14,295 bases of DNA from Oopsacas minuta (GCA_024704765.1 JAKMXF010000168.1:1-14295), one strand, 5' to 3'; shown: positions 1-10,147, counted from the first letter of the stretch. The notes: a model not told the origin generated them from the sequence alone. Made by a program: numbers and translations.

Positions 1-296
1 TTACATAGGAATTACATAGACGACCAGTTTTTGCTTGATGATTTGTATGCTTTGTAGCTATGTATTGATTACTTGAATATTCTTAGTGTAAATTTACTTT
101 CCATGACTAAATTCTTGAGGTCAAATATAATTGATTTATTTCGTTTCTCACGACCTTAATGCTTTTGATATTCTTCAACTTTATTGTATTTCAACTTCAT
201 TTCTTCAACAAATTTTCTTCATTATAACAGTCCTACTAAATTCCATCTCAATTCAATCATGTGAGTATCTTTCTTAATTAATTTGGTAAAGTTACA

Positions 297-394
297 CAGT
301 CAACTCCCGGTATATGGAACATGGATATTTAGATTCCTCGCTTTATCGAAGTAATTATCCAGTCCATTGTTTCCAAAATAAGGGGAATTGACTG
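297..394. mobile_element. Tigger/pogo-like MITE, 98 bp
   Basis: Termini CAGTCAACTCCC...GGGAATTGACTG. TA follows on the right; the left flank is CA rather than TA. Confidence 0.6.
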
Positions 395-471
395 TAGTTA
401 TATGCAAATGTGTCAGAAAATTAGTCGTTCTTTTTAGCATAGATTGTGTTCTTACTTCCAACTATGACATC

Positions 472-551
472 TGTATAAATGGAACTTGAATATTTTGTGA
501 ATAATTCTATCAAAAAACATTGTGTATAAATGATTCTTGAATATTTTGTGA
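472..551 (+). repeat. Short direct duplication, 51-bp period
   Basis: TGTATAAATGGAACTTGAATATTTTGTGA (472-500) versus TGTATAAATGATTCTTGAATATTTTGTGA (523-551): 26/29 identical. Confidence 0.75.
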
Positions 552-1837
552 GATCTCATCTAAATATGTAAAAAGATTGTGACAAAGATCACAAATGTAA
601 GTATACACGTATTTGTATCGACAGTTGGATCATATGGGACAATTATATGACCTTTACTCTAACCAAGATACGTTTAAAAGCTGGATTATATTACGCAGGA
701 TTTGGAAATTAACACAACACCAATAAGCAAAGTTCTGGAAAATATATTAATATCAAAGTAAACTATAAAAATGAAATCTATATTCTTATCCTTAAAATTA
801 TCTTAATCAATCTAGGAATTATATCTCCAAATCTCTCTTACCAACGTTCATTTTATAATTTGTACAAATTTGAATCAGAAAGAAATTACTATCTATTTTT
901 TGGAGCTTCATTTGGAGACCCATATCTGGAGTTAAATCTCGATTCTCTTACCATTCTGGCATTTATAATTACAAATCGAAGTGTTGATCGTCTCTTCAAA
1001 TCTTATCTGGTCAAGACATTGTTATTCTTCCTTATATAACTGTAAAGATTTTGCATAAATGATACTACCTGTTTCAGGTTTACCCTGTTCTAATATACAT
1101 GGAAAATTGGATCAGTATTTCTCATTAGTTCATCAATCAGTTCAATACAGAAAAGATAGATAGACAAACTGTAGTATCTGGTTAATTAGTATCTTATAAC
1201 ACTTTTCGATTTGTTTACTCTTATCTATTCAAAAACTAATGCTATGGATATTCTATGATAACTGTCATTACAATGGTGTTGCGTTATTTATCACATTTCA
1301 AATATCTTCGGATTAATATCTAAAAACCACAATAGAATTGAAGCTATAGAATTGAAAATGATACTAAATACTTATCATAATTTACACACACTGTAGTGTC
1401 ATACATACTTCACTATTTATAGTACAAATTGGTCGTCTATGTAATTCCTGTGTAAAGTTCGGGCTTTCATAACTTTTTCAAAATAATCATATTAATTTCA
1501 AATTGGATATACACAATGTACCAAGTGAGATGTAAATATGATTAAAATGATAAGTTGTTATCACAAGTATTTTTGGGGATATTAATAAAAAACCTCAACC
1601 AAAATGCAATGCAAAATTGCTTACTCATCATGTAAAATTTGGTGATTATGAGTGATGATATGAAATGTACCAACTTTCCTCTTTACACTGGTATGGTTCT
1701 TTTCAAAATAGAACCCATACTTTTCGAGAGAAAGGTGTTTTAGTGGGGATTTGAATAGGCCGCTAAGATAACACTCATTGCTCAGCCCCACTTCTTAGTG
1801 AAACAACTGGCTATTCGTGAGTATATAAATAACTTAC

Positions 1838-2076
1838 TTCAAAGTCAATTGACCGTATGCAAGGCAAATTCTTGGAGGGATGGCCAGCCACAAAGCTAGA
1901 TTGATCAATCAATAATTCACGAATAACAGCAGACATGTTCTGATTCCAAAATATTACTTTTCCATCTTTTCCACCAGAAAGGCAAGCATCTGGCATTGAT
2001 ATTAGAGAATAAATTGGCCCTTCATGAGCAGGTTGAATACGAGTACATTGATGATTTTTCCAAATATATATGTTTC
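1838..2076 (-). CDS. EML6: Internal exon (X) of an EML5/EML6-like gene
   Basis: Acceptor aattttAG|GA (phase 1); donor GAA|GTAAGT (phase 0). Translates (G)NIYIWKNHQCTRIQPAHEGPIYSLISMPDACLSGGKDGKVIFWNQNMSAVIRELLIDQSSFVAGHPSKNLPCIRSIDFE, matching EML G-IYIWK...AH-GP...GGKDG...W...P-IR. Confidence 0.85.
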
Positions 2077-2196
2077 CTAAAATTATGTAACAAAAATTAA
2101 CGTACATATTATCAGTGCTTCCCATACATAGAAGATTTTGAAAGCGCTCTTTTTAGGATGGTCCGCGGCCTCTGTCGCTTATCCACGTATTAAGGC

Positions 2197-2246
2197 TATG
2201 CATAGAATCTTCATGATGTGTGATCATCATGAAGACTCTATGCATA
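2197..2246. repeat. 50-nt near-perfect hairpin (22-bp arms, 6-nt loop)
   Basis: TATGCATAGAATCTTCATGATG-tgtgat-CATCATGAAGACTCTATGCATA; 21 of 22 positions are complementary. Confidence 0.9.
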
Positions 2247-3733
2247 AATCTGCTCAATCTATTATGATTACATATACAAAAATACTTTTTTAAATTGCAG
2301 CAAATACAGAATTTTGCATTTCATATAATGGAATTATAACGTTATGAAATATATTTGACTTCAGATTCAAAATCAAAATCCAAGGGTACCAAAATTATGT
2401 TACCTAATGTTGTCCAAATAAATAATGACCTGTATCTAACCATAATGCTATGATCTAACTTTGAATAATTAAACGAACATGAAATTGGGAATTTTAAGAA
2501 GTGAGTATACTGGGAGGTCTGAAATATGAATGTTCTGAGTAAATATCTGCTTAAATTAACTCCTTGATAAAAATTTTGATTTAGCAAATTTGCTAATAAC
2601 AATTAATTTCTATCAAAGTATAAACTTGATATAATTGTTATAGTGTATAAAATACGTCAATCAGAATTGTGTACAAAAATACATCTATCAGAAAGTATAT
2701 AAAAATAGACCACACGTTATCCGAATAGATATTTAGAGTTTCTAATTTTCAATTTATCTTGATTTTGATTTGATTTGATATTGATGCATTTAGAGTGCTA
2801 AAGATAAACCTGGTCCGAGAGAGGGGTGAAATCGGGAAACCGGTCTTCTCTATTTAATTAGGAATTACTTACGTTATTCGTATTTCAATGTAGTATTGAT
2901 TCCACAATTAATTAAATAACCTTACTATGTACGCACAAATATTATCTAGATAATTGACAATAGTCGACCATCAATGATGAAAGATAAATTTTGAATGCAA
3001 TGGCATTGTGTTTTAGCAGATCAATATCTAATATTTTTCTAAATATTGGGATTATAACGTCAAATCATAAATCACGGGTTTGTTTCATTTCTTACCATTT
3101 GATTTCGTCTGAAATTTCATACATAAATATCACTAGCGGAAAAATGCATTGTGTACAAATTCATATCTAAATTTTTTCGTTGAGTCAAAATTTACAAGGT
3201 ATATAACCCAAGTACATCTTATCTAAAGTCTCAGAAAAGTACAACCGAGTTGTACTGTATATCGGATCTTTCAGGTTCAAAGGTTAAATGTAAATAAGGG
3301 TCGTTACTTATACACTATGATTAAGTTGATGCGGGAACCTTCGAGTTGTATTAATTACATTTCTGGGGGTTTCATACTTATATATATTTGGTTAAATTCT
3401 GTATATGACGCCTGAAGGGCCGTCAACCAGCACAAAAGAATAACTCGAGGGGTCAACCGCCGAGGACTATCAAACAAGGTCGCAAAGCGGCATTTTGAGA
3501 GAGTACCATCGCCAGCGCTCGTCATATATATTAATTATAGTAGGTTATAATATATAATCATGATCACTATTGAATGGTACACAGGGTGTACGGATTGGCT
3601 AGGAAAAAAACAGTTTTAACTGTATTCGCACTCATACACATGAGAAGCGTTTAACTATACTTCATTTATTCACTATTTAGAAACTTTGCCAATCAAACAA
3701 CACAGTGCAATTCAACATGGCTAATTTGCTGTA

Positions 3734-4253
3734 CAGTCTGACACGAAATTATTTACAATTATAAATTAACCATAATCCAATTTAGCATTGATTACTAAAG
3801 AAATTGACGATACATTTCTTGTATAGAAGTGATAGATATTACCTAAAACAATCATGTTACTAATAGCTAATTTTTTTCCCACTAGAGGCAATTACCAGAT
3901 CACACCTTTTTTTCATAGAATTTGTGAACTTAGAAAGAAAATCAGGTTCAAACGTTTCCCACTGAGAATATATCATACTCTCCACTTCCTCAATTGTCTT
4001 TGGAGAGTTGACCATTATTCTGTGCTTCAGTACACCCCATAAATTCTCAATAGGGATGAGATCCGGGCTATTGGGAGGCCAGTCCATGCGTCTAACACGG
4101 TGTGTCTCTTTGAAAGCACATGCAAACTTTGATGTATGGATACTCGAATTATCCTCTTGTAATTTCCAGCCATCAAGGTATAATGTATCTGCAGTCTGAA
4201 ACAGAACTTCATTTAAAACATTACAATAATGTTCTGAATTAAAGTTATGCTTG
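3734..4253 (-). mobile_element. 3' part of a Tc1-family (DD34E) DNA transposon, truncated at the N
   Basis: Transposase C-terminus on the minus strand. A Tc1-like terminus TA|CAGTCTGACACGAAATTATTTAC lies at 3732-3756, with TA as the target dinucleotide. The partner TIR is not in the window. Confidence 0.85.
3860..4252 (-). pseudogene. Tc1 transposase catalytic-domain fragment (131 codons including stop)
   Basis: Uninterrupted frame KHNFNSEHYCNVLNEVLFQTADTLYLDGWKLQEDNSSIHTSKFACAFKETHRVRRMDWPPNSPDLIPIENLW...KKISY*. The D of EDN and the E of PIE are separated by 34 residues (DD34E), and the WPPNSPDL-PIENLW motif is present. Confidence 0.9.
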
Positions 4254-4254
4254 N
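4254..4254. other. Single N, probably a contig junction or collapsed gap
   Basis: The only ambiguous base in the window. The Tc1 frame is open right up to it, and I see no transposase continuation on the other side. Confidence 0.6.
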
Positions 4255-5620
4255 GATATTGGATTTCAGAATAACTAGACGTGCTAGAGAAATTCTGATT
4301 GCAGATTCGATTTCAGCATTCAAAAGTATGCTAAGATAAATGTATGTGATCTCTGATGAGAAACCTTGTTGAGTTGTGTAATATTTGATCATTATATAAT
4401 CAGAGTTGCATGCGGGCGGAAAAACTATGTTGCGGCCCCCTCGGGAAATATTCACATCATTATCCGCAATAAGCTGCTTAGCACAACTCCGCAGTTTCAT
4501 TTCACTGTTTTGAATTGTCCCAAGTATCCAATTGGGAATACTTAGAAGTAAATTGAACCAAAGATTCTCCGAAAAACTTTTTTTCGGGCTGCGGGAAGGA
4601 CCGTCGTTAAGATTCCGGCCAGTGTGCAAATCTGGATATAATGTAGTCTGGAGTATTCGCTTAGGATGTAGTATTACGAATAGTTGGAAAATTGTTCAAC
4701 AGTATAATTGTCACTTTGAAAATAATCACAAAATTCATCCTGATGATCTGGGTGTGGTAAACCTACAAATATAAAATTGTGACCATAGCATATGCAAGTT
4801 CGAGTACCCGTGATCAAGAAACAAAATTCCATACCCCCAAATGCATGATTTTCGTAAACTTTTCTCTGACTCTTTGGGCCGCCCGGAAGTCTTACATCAG
4901 CAGCAGGTCGTTAACATAGCAATTTGGGCAGTGACTTTGATAAAAAAACATATTTTTAGTTTTGAGAGCTGGAAATGGAGATTTTAGTATACATTTAGAT
5001 TGGCAATGATGAATGTTAGATATTATATTAAAAAACCATCGTATCGTATGGAATATATGATAAGTCCGGGTTACACAGGCCGAAATTGGGGATAGACACA
5101 CCTGTAGGCCTCTGGAGGTGATTTACGCCTATGCCTACATGTCGTGCAGTAACTATTTAACCGTTTTGTAGTTTAGATCCAGTTTTCAGATGGATTAGCT
5201 CCGTTTTAGGACTAATCGTTGCTCTGGCGATAATCAGTAGCTGTCTTTAGATTTGTTTAAAGAGATTTCTAATGAATTATCCTCAAAACTAGCTCCTAAT
5301 ACACAATGTCCCAGTATTTCTTTTCATCTTTCTGAAGTGTTAGAAAGCTATTGGGTGGATTTACTCGATATATAAATCAACCCATGCAAAATAAATTTGA
5401 GCTATGTATGACCAGTTTTCGCTTAGAGCACTAATCCAAATTCTTGCAAGTGTAGGGGAATTCGCACACTCTTGTATCCGCCCCTGCCAGGCAACATAAA
5501 TATACTTGTGTATAAAAATCGAATATTATATGAACGTCATCTTAAATCCTTTTGCATAGAGAATTTCAGGTTAATTAATAGTTCAAACTGCATATATAGG
5601 AATCATGTGCTAGCTAGCAA

Positions 5621-5893
5621 TAGTGGCGGCGCGAGCGCGCAACCACTGATAGGACTAAATCGGGCTGAGATTCTCTTTATGGGGATGGCAGAGCTTGCTA
5701 TTCTTTTGAGAAAATACTAATGTGTACTTAAATATCAAATAATAATTGATTTAAGAACGTTTCGTTTCTAGTAATATAAGTAATAGAGGCAGTGGCGGTG
5801 CTAGCGCGCAGCCACTGATGGGGCTAATTGAGGGCTGACAAAAATCCAGATGGGGCTCTAGCCCCATCTAGCCCCATGCTAGCGCCTCCATTG
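5621..5893 (+). mobile_element. hAT-type (Tip100-like termini) MITE, copy 1, 273 bp
   Basis: Termini TAGTGGCGGCGCGAGC...GCTAGCGCCTCCATTG. Perfect 8-bp TSD GCTAGCAA at 5613-5620 and 5894-5901. Homologous to the reverse complement of 7505-7780. Confidence 0.9.
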
Positions 5894-5988
5894 GCTAGCA
5901 AGGAAAAAATTTGAATTCATGCCAATCGAATTCAATAGAATGCTAAAATTGATAAATTGAAATTTACGAACGCTAAGAATACACCCAC

Positions 5989-6308
5989 CATACTCCCTTG
6001 GTATCATCACTCATAGTACACGTGAGGGTTTTCCATTCTGGCATGTTGTCTTTTGATATGAACACACGTTTCCCTCTTGGAGCTTCGAAATACAAAACTT
6101 CTCTAGCCATTGAATTGATTCTTACTATTTTGCTCGAAATGTCCCAATCCAAATGAACAATAGTAGCTGATGATCCCTTACCAACTCCAACTCTACATTC
6201 CTTCGTAGTTGAATATATATCAATTTCTCTATCTTTGCTCGCGGCCGCAAGGTAGCGATCATCAGGAGAAAATTTAAGTACAGTAATTTCAGTATTTCGA
6301 TTAGAAAG
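5989..6308 (-). CDS. EML6: Internal exon (Z) of the same EML5/EML6-like gene, directly following exon Y; missed by the ORF track
   Basis: Acceptor ttttcttttcttttAG|CTT, phase 0, matching the end of exon Y. Open frame LSNRNTEITVLKFSPDDRYLAAASKDREIDIYSTTKECRVGVGKGSSATIVHLDWDISSKIVRINSMAREVLYFEAPRGKRVFISKDNMPEWKTLTCTMSDDTKGVW. The HLDWD and FEAPRGKR motifs recall the second TAPE repeat of EML5/6. Probable donor TG|GTGGGT at 5988 (phase 2); the 3' boundary is less certain than the 5'. Confidence 0.88.
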
Positions 6309-7151
6309 CTAAAAGAAAAGAAAATGAAATAAATTATGAAATCTTACATAAAATAAACACCCATCACTGAGGGATTGGAGTGTGCTTACACTGTCAAACA
6401 ACAGTCTAGCGAATGTTTGATGATTGACTAAGGTACTGCAAACTCGATCACTGTTATCAACTTTTGGCATTCGGAAAATACATTCAGGTCTTACCAACAT
6501 TGTTTGATCAACCTTGGAGTGAACTAGATATGTAATGGTGCTATAAAATTACAATAATATCTGTTAACATTTGCCACAATGATAACACATATCATTGTAT
6601 TTATGCTCCTTCGTCGTCAGGGGCCAGATTAAGGCGGGGGCTGATAGAGCCCAGGCTCTAGGCCAACGAGGTTCTGGTGAAGCCTACATAGTTAGTACTG
6701 TTTATTGCCTCGTAGCAACCAACTATAATGAGCATGCTCTGTGTCAGGACTTTGGAAATTCCAGGGGAGGTAAAGTCTATAAATGATAAAATTCCAGGGT
6801 ATATACTCCGGATTTCTATGGGGAACATTGTTGATTATAGATTGAGGGAAAGATGCGAATGAAGCGAGGAGAAATTTTAATTCTTACAATTTGTGTTAAA
6901 TAAATTAACATAATGGTTAAAACTGGTATCATTCCAGATCATGTGTGAATATACTGGTGGGGGATATATCTCACCTATCCCATGGATTCACCACTGCACA
7001 TTCCCAGAGGCACTAGTTTACTAGGGGGCATTAGTGCATTAACCTTCTATACCCACGCACACACAGTGAGTCCGTGCCCTGTGTACTCTTAGAATTAAAT
7101 AAACATTTCCTAAGTCGTGAATTGAATTGTAAATTAGAATCAAACATAAGA

Positions 7152-8462
7152 CATAGCCTGCAAAAGATGAAGCCTGATCACTACTTTGGGACAGGGATAA
7201 GAGGAAGTAGATATATTTTAATGGGAAAGTCTATAATCGCCACTAATAAGAAACTGGTACATTCTCACCCGAATAAATGTATTATTGATATATAAGAATT
7301 CACAAAAGCTACATTTGTGAAAATTTTCAGATCGAAGCGACTTCATTTGCTAGAGTAATTGGCAAGTTTGTATAAAAACTGCTCCATAGTTGAAATCATG
7401 TGTAACGCAAATTATTAATATATGTTCAAAATGTTGAATAACAAATATCTAAAACCGTCTGGTACAAAATTTTAAAAATTTTCATGATAAAGTTCGCACG
7501 TTTCCAGTGGCGGCGCTAGTATGGGACTAGATAGGACCAGAGCCCCATCTAGATTTTGTCAGCCCCCAATTAGCCTTATCAGTGGCTGTGCGCTAGCGCT
7601 GCCACTGCTTCTACTATTACTTATATTACTAGAAACGAAACATTCTTAAATCAATTATTATTTTGATATTTAAGTACACATTAATATTTTCTCAAAAGAA
7701 AAGCAAGCTGTGCCAGCCCTATAAAGAAAATCTCAACCTGATTTAGTCTCATCAGTGGTTGCGCGCTAGGGCCGCCACTGCACGTTTCTGGTTATGCAAC
7801 AGGTCATGGATGTCACACGTTTGGCAATCTCCACATATAGCTCGATAATCGTGGATTTTATGGTCAAACAATCATAGCCAATATAGTATACACCTGACTT
7901 CCCATATCATTATAATACATTTTGATATGATATCTCTTACCAATATAACCTAATCACGAATATGCCCATATATGGTCATTTTAGAGATTTCGGAATAATA
8001 TTGAGAGATATCACATCAAGATGCATTTTACCAAGATTTCCACGATTATCGAGTTATAAGTGGATATTGGCAGAACATGTGACAGACATGGTCTGTCGAT
8101 AACTCAGAAACGTGTGAAATTTACCAGGAAAAAATCCTATATTTTGTACAGAGACAGTTTTAGATCATTTGCTGTATCAACATTTTGAACATTGATTAAT
8201 AATGAACGTTCCACAAGGATGGAGCAGTTTTAATACATATTTTCCAATTACGCTAACAAATGACGTCACATGGAATTGAAATTTTAACAAATGGGGCTTT
8301 GGTAAATTATTACATATCTATAACACACTTATTCGGGTGAAAATGTGCCAGTTTTCATTATCGTCGATTATAGGATTTCCCATCAAAATATATCCACTTC
8401 CTCTTATCTCTCGTTCAGTGAAGATTGACTCAGTGATCAGGCTTTATCTTTAGTAGGCCATG
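7152..8462. repeat. Long foldback (inverted-repeat) element, left arm interrupted by MITE copy 2
   Basis: 7152-7504 plus 7789-7946 align with the reverse complement of 7998-8462. Examples: AAGCCTGATCAC/GTGATCAGGCTT, GATAAGAGGAAG/CTTCCTCTTATC, CACCCGAATAA/TTATTCGGGTG, AAAACTGCTCCAT/ATGGAGCAGTTTT, CTCGATAATCGTGGA/TCCACGATTATCGAG. Loop about 7947-7997. Confidence 0.88.
7505..7780 (-). mobile_element. hAT-type MITE, copy 2 (inverted relative to copy 1), 276 bp
   Basis: Termini CAGTGGCGGCGCTAG...CTAGGGCCGCCACTG. Perfect 8-bp TSD CACGTTTC at 7497-7504 and 7781-7788. Roughly 85-90% identical to copy 1 by eye. Confidence 0.92.
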
Positions 8463-8730
8463 CATAAGATAATTATACTCTATCAAAATCTTCATTGCAG
8501 AAAAGCATGTTTCGGCTGTAAGTATGTAGATTACGTGCATATAACAACACTTGTTAGAGCCTGTTAGCTCTGTTGTGCATAGTTTATTCCCTTGGTAGAT
8601 GAACTCAACAGTAGATATATATATGAACCATGGATCAAGATTTACTGCTAATTTAACTGACTGTGGTAGATTAAAAAAGGGTATGTTGTGATATAAACTA
8701 ATTTATATGCCAGTTGCTCTAAAATGACTA

Positions 8731-8805
8731 CAGTACAACCTTGATTATCCGGACTCTTCGATTTTTCGGAATTTGACAGTTCCCAACGAGTCCGGATAAT
8801 CGCTG
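8731..8805. mobile_element. Tigger/pogo-like MITE, 75 bp, right TIR partly deleted
   Basis: TA|CAGTACAACCTTGATTATCCGGACT...AGTCCGGATAATCG-CTG|TA. Both flanks are TA; about 8 nt are missing from the right TIR. Confidence 0.7.
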
Positions 8806-8897
8806 TAATTCAAGAATTACTCGTGAATAATGATGAATAAAATATCACTTCATTATTTTACAATTTATTAATATTGTTGTGAATTATACGGAGAGAG

Positions 8898-9179
8898 ATG
8901 GCAGAAGGGAAGGACATAATTGTGTGGAGCCGGTAGAGATAATGAACCCATTTGTTACAGTGCAAAAGTACTGATTCCTTTCAAACCCATTTTATCTTTC
9001 TCAAAACAGCGTGAACCACAGTCTTAGCTTTTAGACCTTGGGAAATGATAAAATATTAGTGGCTCACGGTGTCTTCTTGCAAAGAAGATGGGTTTGAAAG
9101 GTATCAGTACCTTTGCTAATACAACAAATGGGTCCATTATCTCTACCGGCCAACAAATTGTGCCCTGCCCCTCTGCCAT
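8898..9179. repeat. Second foldback: about 120-bp inverted arms around a 40-bp spacer
   Basis: 8898-9019 aligns with the reverse complement of 9059-9179 (ATGGCAGA, GCCGGTAGAGATAATG-ACCCATTTGTT, GTACTGAT-CCTTTCAAACCCAT, CGTGA-CCAC). Weaker similarity extends to about 8855 and 9220. Confidence 0.85.
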
Positions 9180-9715
9180 TTTCATCTGAATAATTATCGA
9201 AAATAAAAAATATTGTAAACATAGTTTAATTTCCGCATGCACAAATAAGCTTTCCAAATAGCTGGAACCCAAATTTGATATACTTCCGCTGATATTATAT
9301 ATTGATTATTATGCATGCACATTATATATTACACCTCACATTAGCTAATAAAAATCAAATCAATTTTAGTATTGACTCATTATATAATATTTTATGAAGT
9401 ACACTTCGCGTATATTGCGCATGTACCTTTGGATATCATTTGCACTAGCACGAAATGTCATTTGGAGAATTATTATTTTCTGATCTATTATTAAAGGGAT
9501 TTAAGTAGCAATTTAGAGTAAGACCAGTTAACAAAGTGCGAAAATCAGGGGAAATAGAGGAATATTTAATGGTAGCACCTACATGCTTCTAATTGGTATA
9601 TATTTGAAAATCCTAGCCCCGAGTGCCTAGTATATAATAAGATTTGACCCCTGTCTGGCCTCGGGTATACAAAATCCTGGGAATGCCCCTGCACGGATAT
9701 TAGGCTAAATGACTC

Positions 9716-9751
9716 AATTTGGCCAGCAGGCTCAAAGGTTGCCGACCCATG
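9716..9751. mobile_element. Orphan Charlie/Buster-type hAT terminus
   Basis: TTTGGCCAGCAGGCTCAAAGGTTGCCGACCCATG (reverse complement CATGGGTCGGCAACC), followed by GTCTAAAA, which fits NNNTANNN. No partner end found. Confidence 0.55.
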
Positions 9752-10147
9752 GTCTAAAATAAATAAAAGAATGTATCACCAACATTGCTTATGGTTCTTC
9801 AATCAGGTGCTCTCGGAGAAAACAAATCATCAAAGTACATACAGAAGTCACCGTTAGTGAGGTTTTTGTCCGCGATTACGACTATTCGTGGATATTATTT
9901 GGGGAAAGCCAGACCTGATAGAGGTAAAATGATTATATTTTCGGAATCAGGATAGTTGACAGCCCTTGTAGGGATATATAATTTGTTGATGCAGCAAAGT
10001 GTATTCAAAATCTTCAGGCATGTGGTACTGATATTGATTGTATGAGCCTTTGGCTCGTCGCTTCGCGATGAACTCGGTGCATTGCGCCTCGAAGTATTCA
10101 ACGGACAAACAAACAGGCAAACAATAATTGAGATTTAATAATATTGA

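Larger units (their letters stand above)
1..1455. repeat. Inverted repeat pair at 1-30 and 1426-1455, probably inner parts of the TIRs of an element starting before the window
   Basis: TTACATAGGAATTACATAGACGACCAGTTT versus AAATTGGTCGTCTATGTAATTCCTGTGTAA: 28/30 complementary. The TIR interpretation is inference. Confidence 0.6.

Noticed and set aside
592-1290. Minus-strand frame of 233 codons with no TGA and 14 TAA/TAG, which would be open under a ciliate-type TAR=Gln code
   Set aside because: About 14 TAA/TAG is what base composition predicts, lack of TGA is unremarkable over six frames, and the second half of the translation is not protein-like.
2342-2602. 86-aa minus-strand ORF as a possible missing EML exon
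   Set aside because: No WD40/TAPE motifs and no convincing splice-site pair.
3580-3707. Possible Transib-like mini-element with RSS-heptamer-like ends (CACAGGG...CACAGTG)
   Set aside because: Only 13/20 match between ends, no 5-bp TSD, no nonamer.
3854-4212. ORFs 3854-4042, 4008-4199 and 4027-4212
   Set aside because: Antisense or alternative-frame shadows of the Tc1 transposase.
4257-4340. Plus-strand peptide ILDFRITRRAREILIADSISAFKSMLR*, resembling the C-terminus of CR1/L2 LINE ORF2
   Set aside because: Too short, cut by the N, and with no tail or RT motif in support.
4213-5101. ORFs 4213-4629, 4532-4774 and 4892-5101, with faint MULE-like words such as DEFCDYF
   Set aside because: Not collinear with a transposase. 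ORF 4213-4629 reads through the N and so probably joins unrelated sequences.
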